Source: Planctomycetota bacterium (GTDB lineage Bacteria > Planctomycetota > UBA8108 > UBA1146 > JAJFFE01). From it: a stretch of 64,000 nucleotides of DNA. Location: assembly GCA_039028735.1 (NCBI GenBank), contig JBCCHQ010000015.1, positions 574 to 64,573 of the forward strand. The letters are read 5' to 3'. The notes beneath the pieces are model-generated. The model worked only from the letters and a program-made list of their open reading frames with translations, did no database searches and was not told the DNA's origin. Position numbers and translations under genes: made by a program. Positions within the stretch are counted from its first letter, which is position 1. Each line of letters begins with the position of its first letter. Positions 35,654-44,746 of the stretch are shown in pieces.

Positions 35654-38221
35654 TTACGGGTTCGCGCTGTCGAGGAACGTCAAGCTGGTATCGACGGCGC
35701 GCTCGAGGCTGCGTTGGTCGTCGACATATCGCAGCAGCGCCGCATCTCCCCGGACGTCCAACCGTGCGAGCAGCGATGGGGTGTCTGGAAACGCGACGAG
35801 TCCGGCCCGCCACGTCTCGCGAGCCTTCTCACTGTCGTCGTGTTTGGCGTAGGCGTCACCAAGTGCGAGGTAGGTGCGGAGGTGGTGCGGCCGCTTCGAT
35901 TCTTCGCCCTGCATCTCCAAACATCGCGACAGGTCGGCGATTGCGTCGTCGGTATGGCGCAGCGCACGCGGCCAGTGAAGGTGGTTCATGCCGCGACAGT
36001 ACAGAGTGACCCACGTCGCGCCTTCCTTCTCGATGACATGGTTGAGCTGATCTAGCGACTTGCGAGCCAGAGTACCCTTGCTGACAACGGCAGCGAGTCC
36101 GCCGCACGTCGGAATCTTGTCCACATAGGCGCACCCCAACTCCAGTCGGAGCCGCAAGTCCTCGGGCGCAGCCGCCACGCGCGCCTCGAAGAAGGCGATC
36201 GAGCGGTCGTGCTGCCCGTACTTCACGCACGTCTCGCGGTACGCGCTTGCCGGTAGGTACAGCGCCGTCCCTTCCTCGATCACGGTCTCGTACTGAGACA
36301 GCGTCGCTTCGAGTTCTTCGGGAGCGATCGCTGGCGGCGCGCTCGCAACGCTGGCTTGAACCGGGATCGCCCATTGGTTGGGACTCTTGACCCCTAGATC
36401 GATGCGGCTCGCGTAGCTGGTCGGGTCTTGTTGCAAGTGCAGGATCTGATTGGCAGTGACGTCCTCGAGGTACTGCAAGCCACCATCCGGCCAACGCACT
36501 TCGAGCAACTTGACAACGTCAGCAGCGCCCAGTCCGAAGTGCAGTCTCGGGTCACTTTGGCCGCTATAGCCGTTCCCGCCCTCACGTTCACGAATCTGAA
36601 GTCCACTTGCTGTCACGATGGTGACGCGAGTGCCGATTGCATCACAGTTGCCTGCGCCAGGATCTCCGGCCAGCGTCACGATCAGGTAGTTCTGCCCAGT
36701 GCCGCGATTACGGTAGAAGTTCGGCTGTTGCCCCTGATTGGCAATAAAGACGTCCACGTCGCCGTCGTTATCGTAGTCGACGCATGCGATCCCCCGTCCA
36801 TCGCGCCGTCCCTCGAGGCCTGCACCCCAAGCTCGCTCGGTGAAGCGCCCGTGTGAATCGTTGCGCCAGTAGCGAATCGGTTCATGCCCAGAGAACGAGC
36901 GATCACCGATCTCTGGCCAATTCGTGGCGTCGGTGGAATCGACTCCGGTAACCGTCCAGGAAGCGAGCGCGTACCAGTACGATTCCTTGCCGGCGCTAAT
37001 GAAGCCGTTGACGGCAATAATGTCGAGGTCACCGTCGTTGTCAGAGTCGAAGAACTTGCCGCCCCACCCCCAACCGCCATCGTGGGTACCGGTGTCCCAC
37101 CCGATATCGACCAACGACACGTCGCCGGTTTCGTCGAGACCATTGTTGTGCCACAGCATGTTTCCTTCTTTGAGATAGTCCGCTGTGGTGATGTTCGTGA
37201 CGTAGATATCGAGCCAACCGTCGTTGTTGAAGTCCCCGAAATCGACGTTCATCCCCTTCTTCGTATCAGGGCCGATCGCTGAATCAGTCGCATTGCGAAA
37301 CTTGCCCCCACCCGCGTTCAAGAATAGCTGGTCCGGGCCAAAGTCGTTCGCACAGTACAGGTCCACGCGACCATCATTGTCGACATCACCACTGCCGACG
37401 GCCAGCGTCCATCCGGGGTCGTCCAACCCCAGCGCTGATGCCGTCTCTTCGAAACCACCTCCAGGCAGTTGACGATACAAGAAGTTGCGACCGCCGTTGC
37501 GGGACACCTCGAAGTCATCGTGCATGATCCGAGTTGTCTCGAGGTTCCAGAGATCGACAGCCTTGAAGTAGTTGCCGACATAGATGTCTAACAACCCATC
37601 GTTGTCATAGTCGAAGAACAGCGCTGCGTTCCCGTTGGCCCACTCCGCTCCGGCCTCACCGTCTTGCCGCGAGAAGAGCTGCGCTGTGACGTCGACGAAC
37701 GTGCCGTCACCGTTGTTGCGATAGAGGGAATCGAAACCCCAACGCACGAGATACAGGTCCGGCCAGCCATCGTTGTCGTAGTCACCCCAAACGCAGTCGG
37801 TCGTCACGCCACGGTCGTCGTTTACGTCAGCCAACCTAGCGGCGGCAGCCACGTCGATGAACTTGCCGTTGCCGAGGTTGCGATAGAGGAGGTTGGGCGT
37901 GCCCTTGCGCGAATTGCTGACATAGAGATCGATCCAACCGTCGCGGTCGTAGTCCGTCGCGGCGACAGACGCGCCAACGCTGGCCATCCAGGGCATGATG
38001 TTGGAGATCTTCGAGTCGAGTTGAGGCTTGGCATGCGTGTGTTGAATGCCAACGGCTGCGGCAACGTCGTCGAAGAGGATGGGACCGACGGGGAGCGCAG
38101 GCGGCTCCGTATCGCGTCCGATCACCCACAGAAACCCAACGATGAAGGCAACGAGCACTACGAGTTTGACAATCCCACGACGGCGTGGCATTCGCTTCCG
38201 TCCTCGACTCTCTACAGCCAC
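35654..38221 (-). CDS. CRTAC1-like protein: membrane anchor, FG-GAP/VCBS repeats, UnbV/ASPIC domain, C-terminal TPR
   Basis: N-terminal TM segment IVKLVVLVAFIVGFLWVIG. FG-GAP repeats: DYDRDGWIDLY, DYDNDGWPDLY, DYDNDGLLDIY, DVDNDGRVDLY, DFNNDGWLDIY, DSDNDGDLDII, DYDNDGDVDVF. UnbV segment: AIGTRVTIVTASGLQIRE...VRWPDG. The TPR-like tail is intact, so I use this protein as the reference paralog. Confidence 0.85.
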   Translation of the reverse strand: MAVESRGRKRMPRRRGIVKLVVLVAFIVGFLWVIGRDTEPPALPVGPILFDDVAAAVGIQHTHAKPQLDSKISNIMPWMASVGASVAATDYDRDGWIDLYVSNSRKGTPNLLYRNLGNGKFIDVAAAARLADVNDDRGVTTDCVWGDYDNDGWPDLYLVRWGFDSLYRNNGDGTFVDVTAQLFSRQDGEAGAEWANGNAALFFDYDNDGLLDIYVGNYFKAVDLWNLETTRIMHDDFEVSRNGGRNFLYRQLPGGGFEETASALGLDDPGWTLAVGSGDVDNDGRVDLYCANDFGPDQLFLNAGGGKFRNATDSAIGPDTKKGMNVDFGDFNNDGWLDIYVTNITTADYLKEGNMLWHNNGLDETGDVSLVDIGWDTGTHDGGWGWGGKFFDSDNDGDLDIIAVNGFISAGKESYWYALASWTVTGVDSTDATNWPEIGDRSFSGHEPIRYWRNDSHGRFTERAWGAGLEGRRDGRGIACVDYDNDGDVDVFIANQGQQPNFYRNRGTGQNYLIVTLAGDPGAGNCDAIGTRVTIVTASGLQIREREGGNGYSGQSDPRLHFGLGAADVVKLLEVRWPDGGLQYLEDVTANQILHLQQDPTSYASRIDLGVKSPNQWAIPVQASVASAPPAIAPEELEATLSQYETVIEEGTALYLPASAYRETCVKYGQHDRSIAFFEARVAAAPEDLRLRLELGCAYVDKIPTCGGLAAVVSKGTLARKSLDQLNHVIEKEGATWVTLYCRGMNHLHWPRALRHTDDAIADLSRCLEMQGEESKRPHHLRTYLALGDAYAKHDDSEKARETWRAGLVAFPDTPSLLARLDVRGDAALLRYVDDQRSLERAVDTSLTFLDSANP

Positions 38222-38340
38222 TACAGATCATGCCAGCCAAAGGAGGTGAACTCAATTGCCAACCCGGCAAAGACAGGCAGAAAAGGCTACGAGGAGATAC
38301 GCGGCTGCGGCAGCAGAAAGGGCCGTAGGGCAGCCGCTCG

Positions 38341-38763
38341 TCACTGCTTTCGGCGTCGAGGCTCTTTCGCGAGGTCGGCGACGGTGCGCTCCTTCAGCAT
38401 CGCAAGGGCCGAGTTCTTGATCGGGGCCCAGAAGTAGTGCAATGGACATGGATCGAGATCGCTGCAGTGCTCATACCCGAGAATGCAGAGATCGAAGCGA
38501 GGACCCGACTCTACCGACACGATCACCGAGGACAGCGAAATGGTCTCCGGCGGGATTGCGAAAGAGTAGCCGCCTCCCGGCCCCCGGATCGACGTGAGAA
38601 TGCCGGAGCGCACGAGGCTCTGCAGAACTTTGCGCGTGAACTGTTCTGGGATTGCGACATGCTCACAGATGTCGGCGACGGTCCAGCGGCGGTCCGGCTC
38701 GACCGCCATCTCTTGCAAAGCGCGCAGAGCATACTCGCTCCCGCGAGTGTACAAGTGGGTCAT
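38341..38763 (-). CDS. Rrf2-family transcriptional regulator (IscR/NsrR-like, probably Fe-S binding)
   Basis: N-terminus THLYTRGSEYALRALQEM and HTH segment. Three clustered Cys in CILGYEHCSDLDPC. Confidence 0.85.
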   Translation of the reverse strand: MTHLYTRGSEYALRALQEMAVEPDRRWTVADICEHVAIPEQFTRKVLQSLVRSGILTSIRGPGGGYSFAIPPETISLSSVIVSVESGPRFDLCILGYEHCSDLDPCPLHYFWAPIKNSALAMLKERTVADLAKEPRRRKQ

Positions 38764-38774
38764 GGGTCGCTCCC

Positions 38775-38957
38775 CTAGGAGTCTTCGTCGGAACTGTCGA
38801 GCCTGCCTTGCTCGAGCCTCGCCTGCAAACGCTGCACAGTCCGCTTGAGCTCGGTGATCTCATCTGAGTTCGCGCGCGCAACTTCGTCGAGGGCTTCTAC
38901 CTGTCGCTCGAGAAACGCGAGCTTGATCTCGAGCTCATCGGTACGCGCGTCCACCAT
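38775..38957 (-). CDS. slyX: SlyX-family small coiled-coil protein
   Basis: 60 aa. ELEIKLAFLERQVEALDEV...ELKRTVQRLQARLEQ matches the SlyX pattern. Confidence 0.6.
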   Translation of the reverse strand: MVDARTDELEIKLAFLERQVEALDEVARANSDEITELKRTVQRLQARLEQGRLDSSDEDS

Positions 38958-38961
38958 GGCC

Positions 38962-41529
38962 TTAGCCCCGCGCCGCTTCCCACTCCTCGAGGGTCATCAT
39001 CACTTCTCGCGCCTTCGACCCTTTGAAGCTGCCCACAATGCCGTGCTCTGCCATCAGATCCATCAGGCGCGAAGCTCGCGTATAGCCTACACCCAAGCGC
39101 CGCTGCAGCAATGATGCGGAGCCGCGCTGGCTCTCCAAGATCACTTGTACCGCTTGATCGAACAGCTCGTCCGCCGGAGTTTCGGCCGCCGCGGCCGCTG
39201 CGACTTCACCGCTGAGATAGCCTTCGATCTCGGTGCTGAACTGCGGCGTGGCCTCCTTCTTCAGGAAGCGCACGATCTTCTTGATGTCCTTGTCCGACAC
39301 GAACGTAGACTGCGCTCGCTCGAGCGCAGAGCCTCCCGGCGGTAGGAACAACATGTCACCCTGCCCCAAGAGGCGCTCGGCACCCCCGCCATCGAGGATC
39401 GTTCGTGAGTCGACGCGGCTCGCCACACGGAACGAGATCCGGCACGGCAGGTTCGACTTGATCAAACCGGTGATCACGTCGACGGACGGTCGCTGCGTCG
39501 CCAAGATCACGTGAATCCCGACCGCTCGCGACTTCTGGCACAGACGGATGATCGAAGCTTCGACATCCTTGGCGTTCGTCATCATCAAGTCAGCGAGCTC
39601 GTCGATGATAATTACGATGAACGGCAGGTGTTCGGGCGCCTTCTCGGCGTCCTCGTGACCGATCTTCGGCGCCAGCCGCTGGAAGATCTCGGTCTTGTCG
39701 AGTTCGTTGTAGTCATTGACGTGCCGTACTTCGGCCTTCGAAAGAAGGTCGTACCGCTGCTCCATCTTGCGCACGAGCCATTCGAGAGCGGCGGGCGCCT
39801 TCTTCATGTCGGTGATCACTGGCGTCAGCAGATGAGGAATGTCCTCGAACGTCGAGAGTTCGACCATCTTCGGGTCGACCATGATCAACTTCAAGTTGTC
39901 AGGAGTCCTCGTCATCAGCATCGACAATATGATTGCATTGATGCAGACGGACTTACCGGAGCCGGTGGCCCCGGCCAGAAGCAGGTGTGGCATCTTCGCG
40001 AGGTCTTCGACAATGGGCGCACCGGCGGCGTCCTTGCCAAGCATCAGCGGCAGCTTGAGATCACTCTCGCGGTACTGCCGCGACGCGAGCAGTTCCTTCA
40101 GCGTAACGGTCTCGCGCTTGGTGTTGGGCACCTCGATCCCGACCGCTGACTTCCCGGGAATTGGGGCAACGACGCGAATGCTGCGCGCCGAGAGCGCCAT
40201 GGCGAGATCATCGGCGAGGCTCACGATCTTGTGGACCTTGATCCCTGGGCCCAAGGAAACCTCATACTGAGTGATCACGGGGCCCCGCTGAATGTTCCCG
40301 ACCGAGGCCTCGATCTTGAACGACGCCAACGTCTGCTCGATCTTCTCGGCAACCGCCTCGAGCTCTTCCTTCCCGTCTTCGTGCGACACCGGGGCCGGAT
40401 CACTGAGCAGCCCCGCGCTCGGCAAGTTGAAACATCCTTGCAGGGTTAGCTGGGTCTCATCGATCTCGAACGGGAGAGCCTCCTCGGTCATGCCGCCGAG
40501 GTTGATCTTGCGTTCCGGGCGCGGCTTCGGCTTCTCATCCGACTCTTCTTCTTCGCCTGCTTCTTCTTCCTCTTCCTCCTCGTCCTCATCCCACTCTTCG
40601 TCGTCTTCTTCTTCCTCTTCCTCGTCTTCCTCGTCGTCCTCGTCCCACTCTTCGTCTTCTTCCTCGTCTTCTTCCTCGTCTTCTTCCTCGTCTTCTTCCT
40701 CGTCTTCTTCCTCGTCTTCTTCCTCGTCTTCGTCATCCCACTCTTCGTCGTCGTCTTCCTCTTCCTCCTCTTCCTCTTCTTCCTCGTCCTCGTTCCACTC
40801 CTCGTCTTCTTCCTCTTCGTCCTCTTCTTCGACTTCTTCTGCGGCAACGACTTTGGGGGCTGCCTTCTTGCCGGTCTTCTTCTTGGAGGCCTTCTTCTTT
40901 GCGGGCGCGGCTGTGCGCAGGGAGTGCAGCCACCCCAGTCCCTTCGGCACACGCTTGCCGGTTTCGACACCTTGCTGCAGGAGTGATCGCAGCAACGGAG
41001 AGATCAACATCTCGGTACACAGAACCAGCCCCACCAAGATGCAGAAGATCGAGACCAGGTACGTACCGAGGCTGTCGAACGCTTGCAGCAACCCACCGCC
41101 GAGCGCAGTGCCAAAGACACCGCCCGCCGGGTAGTGCTCGTTCGTCAGCGGCGAGTCGCTGTGAAAGTTCCACTCGAGTACCGAGAAGCCGATGCCCAGC
41201 AGCACCGCGCCGATCAGCTTCCAGGGCCAGCTAGAGATGTGGATGCGGAAGAAGGAGGCGACGGCCCAGAGAGCGACGACAATCGCCAGGAGGTACGAGG
41301 ACACCAGCCCGAGGTACTGCAGCGAGACATGCCCAAACATCTTGCCGACCGCACCACAGATGTTCGACGCGTATTCCGCATTGCCTGCCCGAACGTCGAC
41401 ACCGTGATCGTAGATACTCAGAAACATGAACGCCGCCAGGACGATCAGAGCGAGGGCCAGGATTTCGCGCTTCAACTCGATCCCGCGAGCTGCCGGCAGT
41501 TCCGCCGTTTTCCCCATCGATTCCCCCAA
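38962..41529 (-). CDS. ftsK: DNA translocase FtsK/SpoIIIE with an unusually long polyacidic linker
   Basis: Four N-terminal TM helices. The motor domain has Walker A GATGSGKS, IIIDELADLM, and a winged-helix gamma domain (..LLQRRLGVGYTRASRLMDLM..). Confidence 0.92.
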   Translation of the reverse strand: MGESMGKTAELPAARGIELKREILALALIVLAAFMFLSIYDHGVDVRAGNAEYASNICGAVGKMFGHVSLQYLGLVSSYLLAIVVALWAVASFFRIHISSWPWKLIGAVLLGIGFSVLEWNFHSDSPLTNEHYPAGGVFGTALGGGLLQAFDSLGTYLVSIFCILVGLVLCTEMLISPLLRSLLQQGVETGKRVPKGLGWLHSLRTAAPAKKKASKKKTGKKAAPKVVAAEEVEEEDEEEEDEEWNEDEEEEEEEEEEDDDEEWDDEDEEEDEEEDEEEDEEEDEEEDEEEDEEWDEDDEEDEEEEEEDDEEWDEDEEEEEEEAGEEEESDEKPKPRPERKINLGGMTEEALPFEIDETQLTLQGCFNLPSAGLLSDPAPVSHEDGKEELEAVAEKIEQTLASFKIEASVGNIQRGPVITQYEVSLGPGIKVHKIVSLADDLAMALSARSIRVVAPIPGKSAVGIEVPNTKRETVTLKELLASRQYRESDLKLPLMLGKDAAGAPIVEDLAKMPHLLLAGATGSGKSVCINAIILSMLMTRTPDNLKLIMVDPKMVELSTFEDIPHLLTPVITDMKKAPAALEWLVRKMEQRYDLLSKAEVRHVNDYNELDKTEIFQRLAPKIGHEDAEKAPEHLPFIVIIIDELADLMMTNAKDVEASIIRLCQKSRAVGIHVILATQRPSVDVITGLIKSNLPCRISFRVASRVDSRTILDGGGAERLLGQGDMLFLPPGGSALERAQSTFVSDKDIKKIVRFLKKEATPQFSTEIEGYLSGEVAAAAAAETPADELFDQAVQVILESQRGSASLLQRRLGVGYTRASRLMDLMAEHGIVGSFKGSKAREVMMTLEEWEAARG
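40653..40731. repeat. Perfect 12-nt tandem repeat (CGTCTTCTTCCT x6 plus a partial copy) within the FtsK acidic linker (low-complexity tract 40534..40839)
   Basis: Six exact consecutive units at 40653-40724 plus a 7-nt partial copy. On the minus strand this encodes (EEDE)n. Confidence 0.9.
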
Positions 41530-41585
41530 AAGTGGTCGCTACGCTGATCACGTGATCGCGACAGGCAGCTGCAATTCCCCGTTGG

Positions 41586-42245
41586 CTACGAAGGCTCGTA
41601 TCGTGTTAGCAGGAAGTCGACGATCCGTGTCGCCAGCTGCTGTTTCGTTACGCCTCGTAGCGGCACCGCATTCCCCGTTTCCTCGGCCCGCGGCGCGGCT
41701 TCGATCCAGTCGAAGTCACCGCCCGTGCTGCCGAGGTTTGCGGTTGAGTTCAAGATAATCAGGTCGAGGCCCTTTTGCACCAGTTTCCGGCGGGCCTCCG
41801 CGTGAGTCGGATCGGCCTCCAGCGCAAACCCAACAAGGGTTCGCGCCCCCTTCTCCGCCCCGCGATTCGACAGAACATCAGGGTTGCGCACGAGTTCGAG
41901 CTGCCACGTGCCGTCCCCTTTCTTCCGTTTTCCGGGGATTCTGGCGGCTGGGCGATAGTCAGCAACTGCGGCAGTTGCCACGAAAGCATCGACGTCTGGC
42001 CACAAGTTTCGAGCAATGTCGTCGAGGTCACGCGCTGACGTAAAGCCATGGATCTCGATGCCGTCAGGCACATCCAGCGGCGCGACCGGCCCCAACGCCA
42101 AGTGCACTTGGCACCCTTGCTCGAGCGCCGCGACCGCAACAGCCCGCCCCATGCGACCGCTGGATGCGTTCGACAGGAAGCGCACGTCGTCGATGTACTC
42201 ACGCGTGGGACCGGCGGAGATCAGCACCGTCGGGCGACGTGTCAT
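41586..42245 (-). CDS. coaB: Phosphopantothenate--cysteine ligase (CoaB), encoded separately from CoaC
   Basis: VLISAGPTREYIDDVRFLSNASSGRMG motif. The ATGA overlap with the coaC stop indicates coupling. Confidence 0.8.
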   Translation of the reverse strand: MTRRPTVLISAGPTREYIDDVRFLSNASSGRMGRAVAVAALEQGCQVHLALGPVAPLDVPDGIEIHGFTSARDLDDIARNLWPDVDAFVATAAVADYRPAARIPGKRKKGDGTWQLELVRNPDVLSNRGAEKGARTLVGFALEADPTHAEARRKLVQKGLDLIILNSTANLGSTGGDFDWIEAAPRAEETGNAVPLRGVTKQQLATRIVDFLLTRYEPS

Positions 42246-42826
42246 GACGAAACGGTGCGCAACACGTCCGCCACCGCTTCCTCGATGTCATTCTCGAGGG
42301 CCAGGCGCCCGGCACCGTGGGAACCGCAGGCCAAGTGCCCAACAGCAGGCTCGACGAAGCGGATCCCACGCTCGCGCAGCAGCGCAACGTTGGCCTGCAC
42401 AGCAGGGTGCGCCCACATCTTGTCGTTCATCGCCGGCGCCACGACGACCGGACCGGTGTAGGCGAGGAGGCTCAAGTTGACGATATCGTCGCCAAAGCCG
42501 TGCGCGGCGCGCGCCAGAAAATCGGCGCTCGCCGGGGCGACGACAAACACGTCACCGGCGAGGCCAGCGTCGACATGTTCGGGTCGGTGTTCGGTGACTT
42601 CGGGGGCTTGCCAGATGTCGGTAACGACCGGTTGGCGGGTCACTGATTGAAAAGTCAGCGGCGTCACGAAGCGCGTCGCCGCGGGGGTCATCAGGACTCG
42701 CACCTGGGCCCCATACTGGGTCCACGTCGATGCGAGTCCTGCGACCTTGTAGGCCGCGATTCCTCCGGTCACGCCGAGAAGAATAGTACGCTCCTCGTAT
42801 GCGCTTGCCAGTGGATCACACCCCAC
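42242..42826 (-). CDS. coaC: Phosphopantothenoylcysteine decarboxylase flavoprotein (CoaC)
   Basis: ILLGVTGGIAAYKV...LMTPAATRFVTPLTFQ...PAMNDKMW. The start is re-called to the GTG at 42826, which is preceded by GGGAG directly after the rpoZ stop. The longer ORF start at 42940 would overlap rpoZ. Confidence 0.8.
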   Translation of the reverse strand: MGCDPLASAYEERTILLGVTGGIAAYKVAGLASTWTQYGAQVRVLMTPAATRFVTPLTFQSVTRQPVVTDIWQAPEVTEHRPEHVDAGLAGDVFVVAPASADFLARAAHGFGDDIVNLSLLAYTGPVVVAPAMNDKMWAHPAVQANVALLRERGIRFVEPAVGHLACGSHGAGRLALENDIEEAVADVLRTVSS

Positions 42827-42836
42827 GGGTAACTCC

Positions 42837-43202
42837 CTACTTCTTGGTCGGGTTGAGTAGCGCCGACAGCTCCTTGATCCGCTGCTCTTTGATCTTCTTG
42901 ATGTCAGAGCCGTAGATCTCGCGCTCAGCGCCTTCGCCACTGCTTGGCTGTTCTGCCGCGCGGCGACGAGCCACTTCGTCCAGGAACGTCGTATCGCAAT
43001 CGTCGCGCTCCCCGAGTTCGATCTTGTCCTCGAGAATCTCCTGCACGATGATCTTCATCAGGTTCTTCTTCGGATCGCGCATTTCGACAAGCGGGCGCGC
43101 GCCTCGCTTCAGCTCAACCATGCGCTTCTGAATCAACGAGGTGAGCCGAATCTTGCCGCCCACCTTCTTGACCAGGGAATCCTCGACATCGATGTCAAGC
43201 AC
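42837..43202 (-). CDS. rpoZ: DNA-directed RNA polymerase subunit omega (extended C-terminus)
   Basis: Sits in the conserved gmk-rpoZ-coaBC position. Small helical protein with an LTSLIQKRMVELKRGARPLV core. Confidence 0.65.
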   Translation of the reverse strand: MLDIDVEDSLVKKVGGKIRLTSLIQKRMVELKRGARPLVEMRDPKKNLMKIIVQEILEDKIELGERDDCDTTFLDEVARRRAAEQPSSGEGAEREIYGSDIKKIKEQRIKELSALLNPTKK

Positions 43203-43268
43203 GCTCGGTCTCCTTCCTGGCTAGAAACCCCGCTGGCTTCGAGCCTCTATGTTTCTGCGTTGCCAAGT

Positions 43269-43850
43269 TCACTCTTGCAGCCGCGAGACGATCTCAGCGA
43301 TCTCCTCGACGGCTCGGTCCAGGTCGTCGTTGACGACCCGATGGTCGTATCGGTCCTGCCGCGCAAGTTCACCCTGCGCGTTGTCGAGGCGGCGTTGGAT
43401 CGCAGCCTCGTCGTCACTCTCTCGGGAGCGAAGACGTCGCTCCAATTCTTCTAGGCTGGGTGGTAGCAGGAACACGAAAGTTGCGTTGGTTCCCAGCTCC
43501 ATCAACCTCTCTGCACCCTGCACGTCGATGTTCAGGAGCACTCTGTGCCCTGCGCGCAGCTGCTTCTCTAAGGGTGTCCATGGCGTGCCGTACAAGTTGC
43601 CATGAACTTCGGCGTGCTCGAGGAACTCCCCTTCCTGAATCCCCGCCTCGAACGCCGCTCGCGTGTGGAAGAAGTAGTCAACTCCGTCCTGCTCCCCAGC
43701 GCGCGGCGCCCGCGTCGTCGCGGTGATCGCGCGCTTGCAGGTCCCGCGAGCCAACAGACGGTCGACGATCGCGGTCTTGCCGACGCCGCTGGGCCCCGAC
43801 ACGACGACGATCTTTCCCGGCCACTCGTTCTCACCCGCCATTTCCGCCAC
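43269..43850 (-). CDS. gmk: Guanylate kinase
   Basis: P-loop GPSGVGKT, a YFFHTRAAFEAGIQEGEFLEHAEVHGNLYGT segment, and a C-terminal RL..R..D pattern. Confidence 0.9.
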   Translation of the reverse strand: MAEMAGENEWPGKIVVVSGPSGVGKTAIVDRLLARGTCKRAITATTRAPRAGEQDGVDYFFHTRAAFEAGIQEGEFLEHAEVHGNLYGTPWTPLEKQLRAGHRVLLNIDVQGAERLMELGTNATFVFLLPPSLEELERRLRSRESDDEAAIQRRLDNAQGELARQDRYDHRVVNDDLDRAVEEIAEIVSRLQE

Positions 43851-44743
43851 TACTCAATGTTCTGCGTTTGCTCACGCAAACGATCGATCTCGGTCTTGAG
43901 CTCGACGACGACCGTCGAAAGCTCTAGCTGATTCACCTTGGCCGCGGTCGTGTTCGCCTCGCGCAACATCTCCTGCGTCAAGAAGTCGAGCTTGCGACCG
44001 ACACGACCTCCGGTCTCGATGCACTCCTTGTAGTGATCGACGTGACCGCGCAGCCTGCCGACCTCCTCGGTGATGTCTGACTTCTCCACCAAGATCGCTA
44101 CTTCTCGCAGGACGTCACCGGCGGCGACATCGACTCCCGCGTCGCCGAGGAACTCTTCCAAACGCGCCAAATAGCGCTTCCGGTTGTCGGCGGTAATCGT
44201 CGGCAACCGGTCTTCCAACTGCTGCACACAGGCAGAGATCTCCACGAGGATCCGCGTCATTTCGTCGACGAGATGCGAACCCTCCCGCAACTGCATCGAC
44301 TGCAACTTCTCCAGCGCCTGCTCCACGGCTTGATCGACGACGGCGATCACAGCTTCTTGGTCATCCTCTTGGTGCCGGGCCGGGCGCACAACGCCATCGA
44401 TCCGCAGCAGGTCGCGCAGGTGCAACTCACCATCCGGGTCGATCTCTTGGCCGAGCTCCACCGCCTGGCGATGCAGCTGTCGCACGAGATCCAAGTCGAG
44501 TTCGTACCGCCCAGCGTCAGTCGCCCGCTGTACTTGCAATGCCAACTGTATCGAGCCGCGCCCGGCACGTTCGCGCACGCGGGCGTCGACGACTTCTTGA
44601 ATCCAAGGCAGGTCGTCCGGAATCCGGGACGTGACCTTCAAGTAGCGGTGATTCACCGATCGAATCTCGACCGATACCGCCAGGTCGCCCGCTTCGTGCG
44701 TTGCCGCCCCGAAGCCGGTCATGCTGCGGATCGGTCCCGCCAC
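43850..44743 (-). CDS. yicC: YicC-family stress-induced protein
   Basis: N-terminal SMTGFG and C-terminal REANTTAAKV....ELKTEIDRLREQTQNIE, both typical of YicC/TIGR00255. Confidence 0.85.
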   Translation of the reverse strand: MAGPIRSMTGFGAATHEAGDLAVSVEIRSVNHRYLKVTSRIPDDLPWIQEVVDARVRERAGRGSIQLALQVQRATDAGRYELDLDLVRQLHRQAVELGQEIDPDGELHLRDLLRIDGVVRPARHQEDDQEAVIAVVDQAVEQALEKLQSMQLREGSHLVDEMTRILVEISACVQQLEDRLPTITADNRKRYLARLEEFLGDAGVDVAAGDVLREVAILVEKSDITEEVGRLRGHVDHYKECIETGGRVGRKLDFLTQEMLREANTTAAKVNQLELSTVVVELKTEIDRLREQTQNIE

Positions 44744-44746
44744 GCG

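Noticed and set aside
34585-36009. Long alternative-frame or antisense ORFs. Examples are 34585..36009 (474 aa), 17906..19288 (460 aa), 53918..55084 (388 aa), 28318..29442 (374 aa), 3976..5010 (344 aa), 9343..10368, 44273..45292 and 10778..11761.
   Set aside because: They have the Arg/Pro/Ala/Gly-rich composition typical of shadow frames in GC-rich DNA. Each is fully overlapped by an ORF with clear family motifs on another frame or strand.
40534-40839. Possible CRISPR or other non-coding repeat array, given the strong periodic repeats
   Set aside because: The repeats are 12-nt, contiguous, without spacers, and lie in frame inside ftsK. This is coding low complexity, not a CRISPR array.
40292-41134. 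280-aa plus-strand ORF with long poly-Ser runs
   Set aside because: It is the antisense reading of the FtsK polyacidic (GAA/GAC-rich) linker. It has no independent start context, and its composition is dictated by the opposite strand.
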